Source: Candidatus Heimdallarchaeota archaeon (GTDB lineage: Archaea; Asgardarchaeota; Heimdallarchaeia; Heimdallarchaeales; Kariarchaeaceae). From it: DNA of 32,000 bases. A program made the position numbers and the translations under genes. The DNA lies in assembly GCA_030149205.1 (NCBI GenBank), contig JASBSB010000008.1, positions 90,001 through 122,000 on the forward strand, written 5' to 3'. The notes beneath the pieces are model-generated. The model was not told the origin of the DNA and made no database searches. It worked only from the letters and a program-made list of their open reading frames with translations. Shown one piece after another: positions 1-8,936 of the stretch (position 1 is its first letter; the number at the start of each line of letters is the position of its first letter).

Positions 1-720
1 TGTTGCTGCAATTCTAGATATCCCAGTATATTCAAGTTCGTCACCATGAACCTTTATTCTAAGATTTAGATCAACAGCAGCATTGAAGATTTTTTTTGTC
101 TCCTCAACAGTAAATGCTCCTCGATCACAAAAAACATCTACTACATTCGACAGGGATTTTTTTTTGATTATTGGAAGGGTGTCAATTACCTCCTCAACGT
201 ATTCAGACCGCTTCAAAACATCAGGAATGGCATGCGCTCCACAGTAAGTTGGAAGGATTTGTACAGGATGATCAATTTTGTTTAAAATACCTAGTAATCT
301 TAGCTCATCCTTAATTGTTAATCCGTATCCAGATTTAGCCTCTGTAATCAAAGTTCCATTTTTCAACATAATATCAAGTCTCTGTATTACAAGCTCCTCA
401 AGCTCCTCATCACTAGCAGCGCGAGTAGCATTAACGGTCGATAGAATTCCGCCTCCCTCGCTTAAGATCTGCGAGTATGAAACACCTGAAACTTTAAGTG
501 GGAGTTCAAAAAATCTGTCTCCTGCAAAAATCAGGTGGTTATGTCCATCAACAAATGGAGGACACACGAACTTACCACTCCCATCGATGTCTGGATTATT
601 TTGGATCCCTCCGAAAATTTCCTCAATTAACCCGTTAACTACTCGAACATTTACCGGTCCATCAATCCAGTTAAAGCCATTAAAAAGTCCTTCAAGATTG
701 TTAATTTCAAAAGTGCTCAC
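1..720 (-). CDS. hutI: Imidazolonepropionase (amidohydrolase family), 5' part; continues beyond window start
   Basis: Manual translation from GTG at 720 (in-frame TAA just upstream at 724-726): MSTFEINNLEGLF...CPPFVDGHNHLIFAGDR...VSYSQILSEGGGILSTVNATRAASDEEL...GAHAIP...DVFCDRGAF...KVHGDEL. Contains the HxH metal motif and the HutI-typical GGGILSTVxATR and FC(D/E)xGAF motifs. Not in the ORF track because it has no stop codon in the window. Confidence 0.92.
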   Translation of the reverse strand, partial: MSTFEINNLEGLFNGFNWIDGPVNVRVVNGLIEEIFGGIQNNPDIDGSGKFVCPPFVDGHNHLIFAGDRFFELPLKVSGVSYSQILSEGGGILSTVNATRAASDEELEELVIQRLDIMLKNGTLITEAKSGYGLTIKDELRLLGILNKIDHPVQILPTYCGAHAIPDVLKRSEYVEEVIDTLPIIKKKSLSNVVDVFCDRGAFTVEETKKIFNAAVDLNLRIKVHGDELEYTGISRIAAT

Positions 721-1024
721 AGCTTAACTAATTATAATTCTCATAAAAACCGATTCACCGTGATTTAGTAGAATCACACTATCCCCATATTTTCAAAGAA
801 AATTCATTTAGTTTTGGTTCAAATCAATAAACAATTTCAATTTTCTTTATTTTATGATATGTGCCCAAATAAACATTATATAAGAGAATAGCATCAGGAT
901 TCGAAAATTATGGATATAAAAATATGAATATTCTTTGATCTGATTGATTCCTTTGAACAAATTGACTTAAATTCTTACACAATGCAAAGAAATTTTTATA
1001 GTTTAAATAAGAATACACTACAGA

Positions 1025-1924
1025 ATGGTAGAAAAAACTAACGAGTATTTTATTTATTCGCATAATGAGCGAGATTTCTCTTATATTGATGATGATAAGC
1101 GGAAAGAGAAGTTTAGTAAAATTGTAAAACTTCCATCGGTTAAAGAAATTGAGGATGCTTTAGAAAATGAAAGGATAGATGGTTTACTGGTGTTAGATCA
1201 GAAGGCTGAGCGGTGGTATTTGACTTTTGGAACTCATCTTGGAATTGTTGCTGAGAGAACTGCTCGAAGACAGGCTGATAGCATTTCTAGGACAGGATAT
1301 AGAATTCCTGGTAAATATACCATCAGTAGCAAGTTCCCACTTGAAGAACTCTCTGAAAGCAACATTGGAGACCTTTACAAATCAGCACAACAAAAATACA
1401 TCAAAGGTACACTAACTGGAATGGAGGTAGATGACCAAACCGGGGTCCCTTCACAACTTGCAGAGCGAGCGAAATTATTGAGAGAAATGGGATACGAGGA
1501 TGAGTTAACAAAAGCTGAATTTGAGAAAAAGCGAAAACAGGAAACAATGAGTATAAAACAAAAGGCTGGAGAAAGCAAAACAGAAGCAAAAACTCCCTCT
1601 GTAGTAAAAACTAAAACTACATCTACCGTTTCAAAAGCCCCATTGATTGAGGAAGCTTATCCAGAAACTGATCTTAAGAAGGGATTATTTTTTGAAGCGA
1701 AAAACATCAAAGAATATGTGGAGAATAACTTTACTGTAATTTCTGCAAAGGGAGTATTACATGACAATGAAAGAGAAACTGAGGAGCTGTTAGTGTTTAA
1801 ACAACAAAAATTGGCACCTAAGCAATGGAACGATACTGTTGTATATCTACAAAATGGTGACTTGTTACAAGTCACCCTAGAAAAAGACCAAGATGTGTTG
1901 TATGTAACTAGTGTAGAGAAATAA
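1025..1924 (+). CDS. Hypothetical two-domain protein (alpha/beta N-terminal domain, K/T/S-rich linker, C-terminal domain)
   Basis: 299-aa ORF with protein-like composition and a low-complexity linker (AKTPSVVKTKTTSTVSKAP). Its stop lies 2 nt before the next ATG. Confidence 0.75.
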   Translation: MVEKTNEYFIYSHNERDFSYIDDDKRKEKFSKIVKLPSVKEIEDALENERIDGLLVLDQKAERWYLTFGTHLGIVAERTARRQADSISRTGYRIPGKYTISSKFPLEELSESNIGDLYKSAQQKYIKGTLTGMEVDDQTGVPSQLAERAKLLREMGYEDELTKAEFEKKRKQETMSIKQKAGESKTEAKTPSVVKTKTTSTVSKAPLIEEAYPETDLKKGLFFEAKNIKEYVENNFTVISAKGVLHDNERETEELLVFKQQKLAPKQWNDTVVYLQNGDLLQVTLEKDQDVLYVTSVEK

Positions 1925-1926
1925 TA

Positions 1927-2781
1927 ATGGACCCCATACAATCGGTAATCAACAGTATAAGTATTTTAGATGATGAATTAATAACTGGGAAAGGAGATTA
2001 CAACATACAGAAATGGAATCTTAAGAGTAGAAAATTTTTGTTTTCACATGAAATAGGCTGGGAAGTGAGAAAAACAGAAATTTTTCAGGATACTTTATTT
2101 GTGGGAAGCTTAGATGGGAAAATTCGAATGTTTGATGTAGACACATTTGAATTTAAGAATGAGCTGATTCATGAAAAAGGTATAACTGCCCTTTTTGTTG
2201 ATGATCTATTTCTTGTTAGTGGATCATACAATGGTTCAGTCCAGATTAGAGACTCTCAGTCCCTTGAAATAATCTCGGAATTGTCTGCGACTAACGATTG
2301 GATAAATACTGTTACTTCTGATGAGATTCATCTGTATTTGGGAGATGGATTTAGACGTAATTCTCAAATTGACATTTATCACAAAAAGGAAATTGAGAAG
2401 GTAAGAGAGTTGAAAGTACCAGAAAGCAAAAAAATTTCTGCGATTGAGCTTACTGATAACCTATTGTTTGTTGGTCATTGTTATCCACACCAACTTGTCA
2501 TCTGGGATGTGCTATCATTTGAAATTATAAACATAATCAATGTATTTGACAAGGAGATAGTTTCAATCTTCTCAAATCGAAGATACGTTTATGTAGTATC
2601 CAAAAATCAAATTTTACAAATTGAAAAATCATCACTTGCAGTTGTAAATATTGTTTATATTAAAGAAGGATCACTCATTACTGCTACTGGGAATAAGGAT
2701 GAGATATTCGTTGCTCAGAGGGATAAAGTACTTTGTTATGATTCAAAAAAATTAGAATTGAAGTATAGGATTTTTACTTAA
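1927..2781 (+). CDS. WD40-repeat beta-propeller protein (~7 blades)
   Basis: ~40-aa periodic motifs: LITGKGDYNIQKWN, LFVGSLDGKIRMFD, LVSGSYNGSVQIRD, LFVGHCYPHQLVIWD. 284 aa is about 7 x 40. Confidence 0.88.
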   Translation: MDPIQSVINSISILDDELITGKGDYNIQKWNLKSRKFLFSHEIGWEVRKTEIFQDTLFVGSLDGKIRMFDVDTFEFKNELIHEKGITALFVDDLFLVSGSYNGSVQIRDSQSLEIISELSATNDWINTVTSDEIHLYLGDGFRRNSQIDIYHKKEIEKVRELKVPESKKISAIELTDNLLFVGHCYPHQLVIWDVLSFEIINIINVFDKEIVSIFSNRRYVYVVSKNQILQIEKSSLAVVNIVYIKEGSLITATGNKDEIFVAQRDKVLCYDSKKLELKYRIFT

Positions 2782-2817
2782 CAATGGATTTATAGTAACA
2801 ATTACAATCGATCTGAT

Positions 2818-3918
2818 ATGAGATATGATATCCTGAAGGGAATTAGGGTGCTAGATCTATCCAGAATATTCACTGGCCCATTTGCAAGTCAGTTGTTGGG
2901 AGACCTAGGTGCAAACATAACAAAGGTAGAACCTCCTTTTGGTGATGATACGAGGTTTTGGGGGCCTCCGTTTATGGACGAAAACCTTTCTGGATATTTT
3001 TATTCATTGAACAGGAATAAATCGGGTATAACCCTTAACCTCAAAGACTCAGGTGATTTAGATAGATTATATGAGCTTGTAAAAAAAGCCGATATTGTAA
3101 TTGAGAACTTTAAGCATGGTGTCCCACAACAACTTAAAATTAGTTATGAAATACTATCAAAGATAAACCCTACATTAATCTATCTATCAATAAATGGCTT
3201 CCACAGTTCTGGAAAATTTAAGGAGAGACCTTCCTATGATATAATTGCCCAGGCTGAGGCAGGTATCATGAGCTTAACTGGGACTGAAACAGGTGAGATC
3301 GTGAAGGTTGGTGTACCTATTGCTGACATTTCAGCAGGAATGTATGGAGTGATTGGAATACTTACTGCTTTACATCATAGGGATATGACCGGAAAGGGAA
3401 CTTATTTAGAAACTGACTTATTTTCGTCTCTCACTTCATGGCTTACTTATCAGGCTGTAAATAACCAACTATTGGAACCCAGACATACATTAATGGGTAC
3501 TAGTCACCCAAATATTGTCCCTTATCGAGCATACAATTGTAAGGATGACAGAAAAATAGTATTAGCCGTAGGGAACGATAAGACTTGGGTCAATTTTCTA
3601 AAGGTGCTAAATAACCCCAAGACTCTTCAAAAATACTCAACAAATGAGTCAAGAGTTCAATTTAGATTGATTGTTGATTCTGAAATTCAGAAAATATTAT
3701 TAACAAATGACTTGGATCATTGGGAGCTTAAATTTACAACAGCTGGAATTCCTTATGGGAAAGTTTCTAATCTCGATGATGTAATGAATCATGAAGATGT
3801 TAAATCCAACAATTTATTAATTGAATTTGAAGATGCTCAAGTTTTTAGAACTCCTATTAATTTTCGTGGGCAGACTCTATTGAGGTCTGAAGAACCCCCT
3901 AAATTTAATGATGGTTAA
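2818..3918 (+). CDS. Class III CoA-transferase (CaiB/BaiF/Frc family)
   Basis: LKGIRVLDLSRIFTGPFASQLLGDLGA, KVEPP.GDDTR, LNRNKSGITLNLK, ADIVIENF, YDIIAQAEAG, and the active-site Asp in VPIADISAG. The C-terminus (..EEPPKFNDG*) is somewhat shorter than usual. Substrate not assignable. Confidence 0.93.
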   Translation: MRYDILKGIRVLDLSRIFTGPFASQLLGDLGANITKVEPPFGDDTRFWGPPFMDENLSGYFYSLNRNKSGITLNLKDSGDLDRLYELVKKADIVIENFKHGVPQQLKISYEILSKINPTLIYLSINGFHSSGKFKERPSYDIIAQAEAGIMSLTGTETGEIVKVGVPIADISAGMYGVIGILTALHHRDMTGKGTYLETDLFSSLTSWLTYQAVNNQLLEPRHTLMGTSHPNIVPYRAYNCKDDRKIVLAVGNDKTWVNFLKVLNNPKTLQKYSTNESRVQFRLIVDSEIQKILLTNDLDHWELKFTTAGIPYGKVSNLDDVMNHEDVKSNNLLIEFEDAQVFRTPINFRGQTLLRSEEPPKFNDG

Positions 3919-3977
3919 TATTTCTTATGTATCTTCAATGAATTAAATTTCCTAAGATTCTTCACAAATTAAATATT

Positions 3978-4976
3978 TTAGACCCTATTTTCAAGGATAA
4001 ATGAGTTTACTGCTACATATATTGATCCAAGATCATTTTTTAATGTCTCCAATGTTTTTTGTGGTTTTAATGTTAGATCTTCTACCAATAAAGCGACAGA
4101 ATTAACCACACTTGGAACTACGATTAGGTTATTTGGTTTGGTCTCTCTATTAGAAGCTGTTTCAATTATTTTTTCAAGCCAAGTCTTAACAAACATGTTC
4201 AAGTCAGGTTTTTCTTCAGGGTTATAATTTAAAACAACTGGCAGAAAATCAATAAATAAGACGTCTTGAAGCTCATCAAACAGAAGCGGTTTTGGGTTCC
4301 TTTGCTTGTACTTCTTCTGCTTAGTCACCCGAAAAGTTCCTCTCGTTAATGATGAAAAGGTTCCCATAAGATTTGTTGCAGAATAATGTCTTGGTGTGAA
4401 AATATGTACCATACGCTCCTCAAACCCATGATTAAATTTTTTAAGGTTAGTAATTGCCCGCTTAAATCTTTCTTGTTCTCCAATCTGTAAAACAATCGAA
4501 GGTGACCAAAGATGCCAGACTTCAATTGGGGGTAAAAAATCGAAATCTTTCACCTTAGTTTCAGGTACACAAATCAAAGGAAGATTAAGATTTGTATCAA
4601 CCACAATGACTTCAGGTCTAAAAGCATTATATTCCATTTGTGAAATCTTGTATATTTTTTGCCAAAACGACTCAATACTTGGGAGTCCCAAAGAAAGTAC
4701 ATTTCTCCACCGATTTAACCAAAAATTTTGATTGATTTGCCAGAACATCTCCCCATCCTTTTCTACCGCTTCTAACCAACCGTTTGATTTACGATTTGAT
4801 ACCTCTGAGCTAGCAATAATTGTAAAAGTATCAGCATTATTAAAATTAAAATCGCAAAGGAGAGTATTTTTACCCGCCTCAGCATAACTAACTGCTACGG
4901 AAATACTCATTGGTGTTTTTCCTCCCCCACCCTTTGAACCAGTGATTATGATAACCTTTGGTTCTGAAACCATCAA
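3978..4976 (-). CDS. ParA/MinD-family (SIMIBI) P-loop ATPase, divergent
   Basis: Deviant Walker A IIITGSKGGGGKT, followed by GKNTLLCDFN and VIVVDT. The remainder is not recognisable. Confidence 0.75.
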   Translation of the reverse strand: MMVSEPKVIIITGSKGGGGKTPMSISVAVSYAEAGKNTLLCDFNFNNADTFTIIASSEVSNRKSNGWLEAVEKDGEMFWQINQNFWLNRWRNVLSLGLPSIESFWQKIYKISQMEYNAFRPEVIVVDTNLNLPLICVPETKVKDFDFLPPIEVWHLWSPSIVLQIGEQERFKRAITNLKKFNHGFEERMVHIFTPRHYSATNLMGTFSSLTRGTFRVTKQKKYKQRNPKPLLFDELQDVLFIDFLPVVLNYNPEEKPDLNMFVKTWLEKIIETASNRETKPNNLIVVPSVVNSVALLVEDLTLKPQKTLETLKNDLGSIYVAVNSFILENRV

Positions 4977-5131
4977 ACAGGTTATAATTCATGAGCTAAT
5001 ATAAGTTTCGTATTTTCATTTTGAATTCATCCAATCTATGGACTTATATTGAGACAGTATTGAAATTATTCCATTTAATATTGAACTTTATAGTCACTAA
5101 ATATCCTTAATTACATAGGAAAGCCATATTG

Positions 5132-6517
5132 TTAGACCTGTATAGGTATGATATGATTTTCAGATCTAAGTATTTGATCTGTTATTTGGAAAGATTCTGA
5201 TAAAAGTCCATCACAGGCAATTGAATTCCAACCTATCCCAGATAAGTAGAGACCAGGATTTTCTTTTTCCATTTTTTCCTTCCATTCTATTATCGATGAA
5301 TGATCCAAGGTAAATTGTGGTATTCCCTGGGGATGTTGTCGGTGAACCTCAACAAATTCTGGACTTCCTTTTGCACCCAATAAACCTGATAATTCTTTTG
5401 TCACCTCTTCGATAAGTATTGAATCATCTAAAGTAGAACGTTCAGGATACCTTGCTCCTCCTACAAAACATCTCAATAGAATTTTATTATCTGGGGCTCT
5501 ATGATTAAACAACTTAGAACTAAATAACACACCCAGTACAAAAGTTTTTTCACCTGATGGAGAGAGAAAGCCATATCCGATTGGAGGATTTTCAAAGGCT
5601 GTAACATCATAACCCAACGAAACTACGGTCACATAAGAAACATTCGGAGGTTTTGGTAGGACTTTACCCATGATTGATATCTTTGTTGCTGCAACAGATC
5701 CTGTGGACACAATTATATTTTCAGAATAATATGTATCACCTGATACAGTTTGAACTTCATATAACTCATCCTTCTTCTCAATCTTTTCAACGGTTGAATC
5801 GTAGCTGACATTTACCTGACGAGCTAAAGATTTGATCAAACCCTCCATACCTGTATCTGAAACATATAAGAAGGGCTTATCTGCTTTTTTATTTGATTCT
5901 ATTTTTCCTTGGGAGGAATTCTTTTTTTTCTTTGCCGAAGACATCATCCCTTTAACAACTGAACCAGATGATGTTTCAGCTGATTTAAGGAAAGGAAAAG
6001 AGTACTTAACACTTGATTTAGTATGATCACCTCCATAAATCCCAGACACAAAAGCATCAACAATGGGAGTCACAGATTTACCAAACCTTCGAGAAATAAA
6101 TTGTTCGACAGTTTCATCATCTGGGTTTGCTTTGACAAAGGGTTCTTTTAACAGTCTCAACTTACCTTTCAGTGAGATTATAGGAGTTGATAATGCAGAG
6201 AATAATCCAGTGGGTAAAGAGACAAGCTTGTGGTTTTTAATCAAATACCTAAGCTTTGCTTCGTTCGATGCAGCAACTGGATCTAAGCCCGCAAGTTCAA
6301 ATATCTTTTTTGTATTTTCGGATTTCCCTCGTAGACCCTCTGGCCCCCATTCAGATATATACCCATTCTTAGATGTGGTATGTATCAATCCTCCAGGCCT
6401 GTTTGCCTTTTCCAAAACCAGCAGTTTATCTTTCTCTATACCTTCATGTTGAAGGGATACCGCCGCACTTAATCCTGAAATCCCCGCCCCAATAATTACC
6501 GTGTGATATACATTCAT
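5132..6517 (-). CDS. hemY: FAD-dependent protoporphyrinogen IX oxidase (HemY/PgoX type)
   Basis: Rossmann motif IIGAGISGLSAA...LEKANRPGG, plus EWGP, FVSGIYGGD, GYGFL, GVLFSSKLF..RAP, LLRCFVGG and GIPQF. SD GGAGG 8 nt before the ATG. Last gene of the hem operon. Confidence 0.93.
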   Translation of the reverse strand: MNVYHTVIIGAGISGLSAAVSLQHEGIEKDKLLVLEKANRPGGLIHTTSKNGYISEWGPEGLRGKSENTKKIFELAGLDPVAASNEAKLRYLIKNHKLVSLPTGLFSALSTPIISLKGKLRLLKEPFVKANPDDETVEQFISRRFGKSVTPIVDAFVSGIYGGDHTKSSVKYSFPFLKSAETSSGSVVKGMMSSAKKKKNSSQGKIESNKKADKPFLYVSDTGMEGLIKSLARQVNVSYDSTVEKIEKKDELYEVQTVSGDTYYSENIIVSTGSVAATKISIMGKVLPKPPNVSYVTVVSLGYDVTAFENPPIGYGFLSPSGEKTFVLGVLFSSKLFNHRAPDNKILLRCFVGGARYPERSTLDDSILIEEVTKELSGLLGAKGSPEFVEVHRQHPQGIPQFTLDHSSIIEWKEKMEKENPGLYLSGIGWNSIACDGLLSESFQITDQILRSENHIIPIQV

Positions 6518-6529
6518 AGTTTGTTCCTC

Positions 6530-7912
6530 CTAAATTGATTGTGAGAAAAGATGTTTCCCTGGGTCATAATACTGGTCAAATACCGATGCTATGATTCTTG
6601 AAAAGATCTTCCCCTTAGATGTTGACTCCCATCCAGCTTCTGTTACTTGTAACAGACCCAAATTTACAAATTCATCAAGTATCTTTACCTTGGAATTAAT
6701 TTCATTGACTGCCTTTAAGCCATACCGTGATTCAACAACTTGGGGATTTATTTCTCCTTGACAGAGAAAATCCATTATTAATTTCTTGTGTAGAATATCA
6801 TCTGAACTCATTGAATGACCTTTTACCGTTGCAGTACCATATTTTTCAATTAGCCGCTCATATTCAGCCATATCCTTTGAATTTTGAGCGTATGCAAGTT
6901 CAAGTTCACTAATTCCAGAATAACCTAATGCAATTAAGTCTGTCCCTGCTTTTGTTGTATACCCCATAAAATTTCTTCTTAAGGTCTTTTTTTCATAACT
7001 TTGCCAAAGTCCATCATGCTTTGTTGAAAAATGATCAAAGCCGATTTGTTCATAATCTTGATTAATAAAAAATTTACGTGCTGAAAGAAATCGATTCAAT
7101 TTTTCTGATCCTTTCGCAATCACATTTAATGGAATAGCTTTATGATGCCGAAATAATGTGGGAAAATGTGCATAGCTGTACAATGCTATTCGATCAGGAT
7201 GAATGGTGTTTACAAGTCGAAGGGTTTTTGCAAAGTTTTCATCTGTCTGGTAGGGTAATCCATAAATTAGATCCATATTTACACTCTCAAATCCCTTTTC
7301 TCTTGAATATTCAATTAATGAGTTAGTCTCTTCGAAGGTTTGGAATCGGTTAAGTTTTTCTTGAACCTCAGGGTCAAAATCTTGAACTCCCACAGATATA
7401 CGGTTAAAGTTAAATTCTGACAACACATCGATATGCTCATCTGATGTGACTGATGGATGTATCTCAATAGATAGTTCTGCGTCCTTGAGGACTTTGAAAT
7501 TTGTCCAGATTGTTGTAAATAAGTCTTTGAGTTGATCAGGTGTTAGATGGGTTGGGGTTCCTCCACCTAGGTGTAGCTGTATGACCTCGTTTCTTGGCAA
7601 ATACAGCTCAGAGGTTTTACGAATCTCTTCTTTTAGAACTGATAAATACCTTTCAACTCTATCCTCTCTATGTGTTACAAGTACGTTACATGCACAGAAT
7701 AAACATCTTCTAATGCAAAACGGGATGTGTAAATAGAGGCTTAATGATTCTTCCTTGTGCTTGCTCTTTTCAATATCATCGAGATAGTTTTGCACGTTGT
7801 AATTCGATTTCCAATTAGGCACCGTCGGATAACTGGTATATCTCGGAACACGTAAGTCAAACTTCTCAATTTCTCCGACTTTTATATCTTCAATAGATTC
7901 TTGTTCAATCAT
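6530..7912 (-). CDS. hemN: Oxygen-independent coproporphyrinogen III oxidase/dehydrogenase (radical SAM, HemN/CgdH)
   Basis: PRYTSYPT, LYLHIPFCxxxCxxC (CIRRCLFC), HLGGGTPT, NRISVGVQDFD, DLIYGLPYQT and RNFMGYT. The PRYTSYP and RNFxGY motifs separate true HemN from HemW-like proteins. Confidence 0.95.
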   Translation of the reverse strand: MIEQESIEDIKVGEIEKFDLRVPRYTSYPTVPNWKSNYNVQNYLDDIEKSKHKEESLSLYLHIPFCIRRCLFCACNVLVTHREDRVERYLSVLKEEIRKTSELYLPRNEVIQLHLGGGTPTHLTPDQLKDLFTTIWTNFKVLKDAELSIEIHPSVTSDEHIDVLSEFNFNRISVGVQDFDPEVQEKLNRFQTFEETNSLIEYSREKGFESVNMDLIYGLPYQTDENFAKTLRLVNTIHPDRIALYSYAHFPTLFRHHKAIPLNVIAKGSEKLNRFLSARKFFINQDYEQIGFDHFSTKHDGLWQSYEKKTLRRNFMGYTTKAGTDLIALGYSGISELELAYAQNSKDMAEYERLIEKYGTATVKGHSMSSDDILHKKLIMDFLCQGEINPQVVESRYGLKAVNEINSKVKILDEFVNLGLLQVTEAGWESTSKGKIFSRIIASVFDQYYDPGKHLFSQSI

Positions 7913-8936
7913 AATTTTTCCACCTTTTTACTATCTCCACCATCTCACCCACGAGATTAACATCAGAATCTTTATGGATTCCTTGAGCTAAATTAAAAAT
8001 ATATTTGTTCCCAAACTTTGTCCCTTCCTCTAGAACATGTTGAGTCTCCTTCCTTACTGTATCCAGATTTGTTTGTAGAACACTTGGATCTAGATTCCCT
8101 TGTAGTATAACATCTTGTGAATAGTTTTTACGAACATTTGATAGTGAGAGAGTTGAATCTATACTGATGACATCAAATGAAAGCTTAACAAGTTCTGGAA
8201 GCAAATGCGAACTCCCTCTTGCATAGATTGAGTTTGGAACACCATTCAGACTTTGGATGATCTTCTTCAAGTGGGGAGAAACCCATTGCTGAAATTGCCA
8301 GGGAGATAAATAAAGTGCCCAAGATTCAAAAATTTGAACCATATCAACACCAGCAGACATTTGAGAATTTAGCTGAGATATGATTATATCACTTAATTTA
8401 TCTAAGAGATTGTCAAATGCATCTGGATAAAGGTATGCAAATTTTTTTGTTTTCAATGCGTCACGGGTAGATTTACCCTCAATTAAGTAACTTGCAAGGG
8501 TGAATGGCCCTCCTGCAAAACCTATCAACCATTTATCACTAATTTCTTCTCTAACTAGCTTCAAAGACTCTACAACGTAGGGGAAATCTTCATCAGGTTG
8601 CGGGATAAGTATGTCCGAAATCTCTATTGGATTTGTTAATGGTTTCTGCAGTTTAGGACCTTGGTTTGGAACAATCTTTAACCCCCTCTGCATGTAGTAA
8701 AGTGGTATTAAAATATCAGAGAAAATAATTGCTGCATCGAGGTTAAATCTTTGAATTGGTTGCAGAGTTATTTCTTTTGCAATATTTGCATTCATCACCA
8801 TATCCTCAAAGGATTTGCCTTCACGAAGTTTTCGATACTCAGGGAGGTAACGACCGGCTTGTCGCATAAACCAGATAGGAGGTCTTTCTGGGGTGATTCC
8901 TTTAAATAACGATGAAAAAAGTTCTCTCGAGGTCAT
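7905..8936 (-). CDS. hemE: Uroporphyrinogen III decarboxylase
   Basis: PIWFMRQAGRYLPEYR, DAAIIFSDIL, LIGFAGGPFTLASY, LQGNLDP. Confidence 0.97.
   Translation of the reverse strand: MTSRELFSSLFKGITPERPPIWFMRQAGRYLPEYRKLREGKSFEDMVMNANIAKEITLQPIQRFNLDAAIIFSDILIPLYYMQRGLKIVPNQGPKLQKPLTNPIEISDILIPQPDEDFPYVVESLKLVREEISDKWLIGFAGGPFTLASYLIEGKSTRDALKTKKFAYLYPDAFDNLLDKLSDIIISQLNSQMSAGVDMVQIFESWALYLSPWQFQQWVSPHLKKIIQSLNGVPNSIYARGSSHLLPELVKLSFDVISIDSTLSLSNVRKNYSQDVILQGNLDPSVLQTNLDTVRKETQHVLEEGTKFGNKYIFNLAQGIHKDSDVNLVGEMVEIVKRWKNYD

Noticed and set aside
278-727. 149-aa plus-strand ORF
   Set aside because: Antisense shadow of hutI (S-rich, no motif). The minus frame carries the real amidohydrolase motifs.
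724-744. ATG at 744 in frame with hutI (MRIIIS*)
   Set aside because: An in-frame TAA at 724-726 blocks it. A six-codon uORF or readthrough has no support; GTG 720 gives a normal N-terminus.
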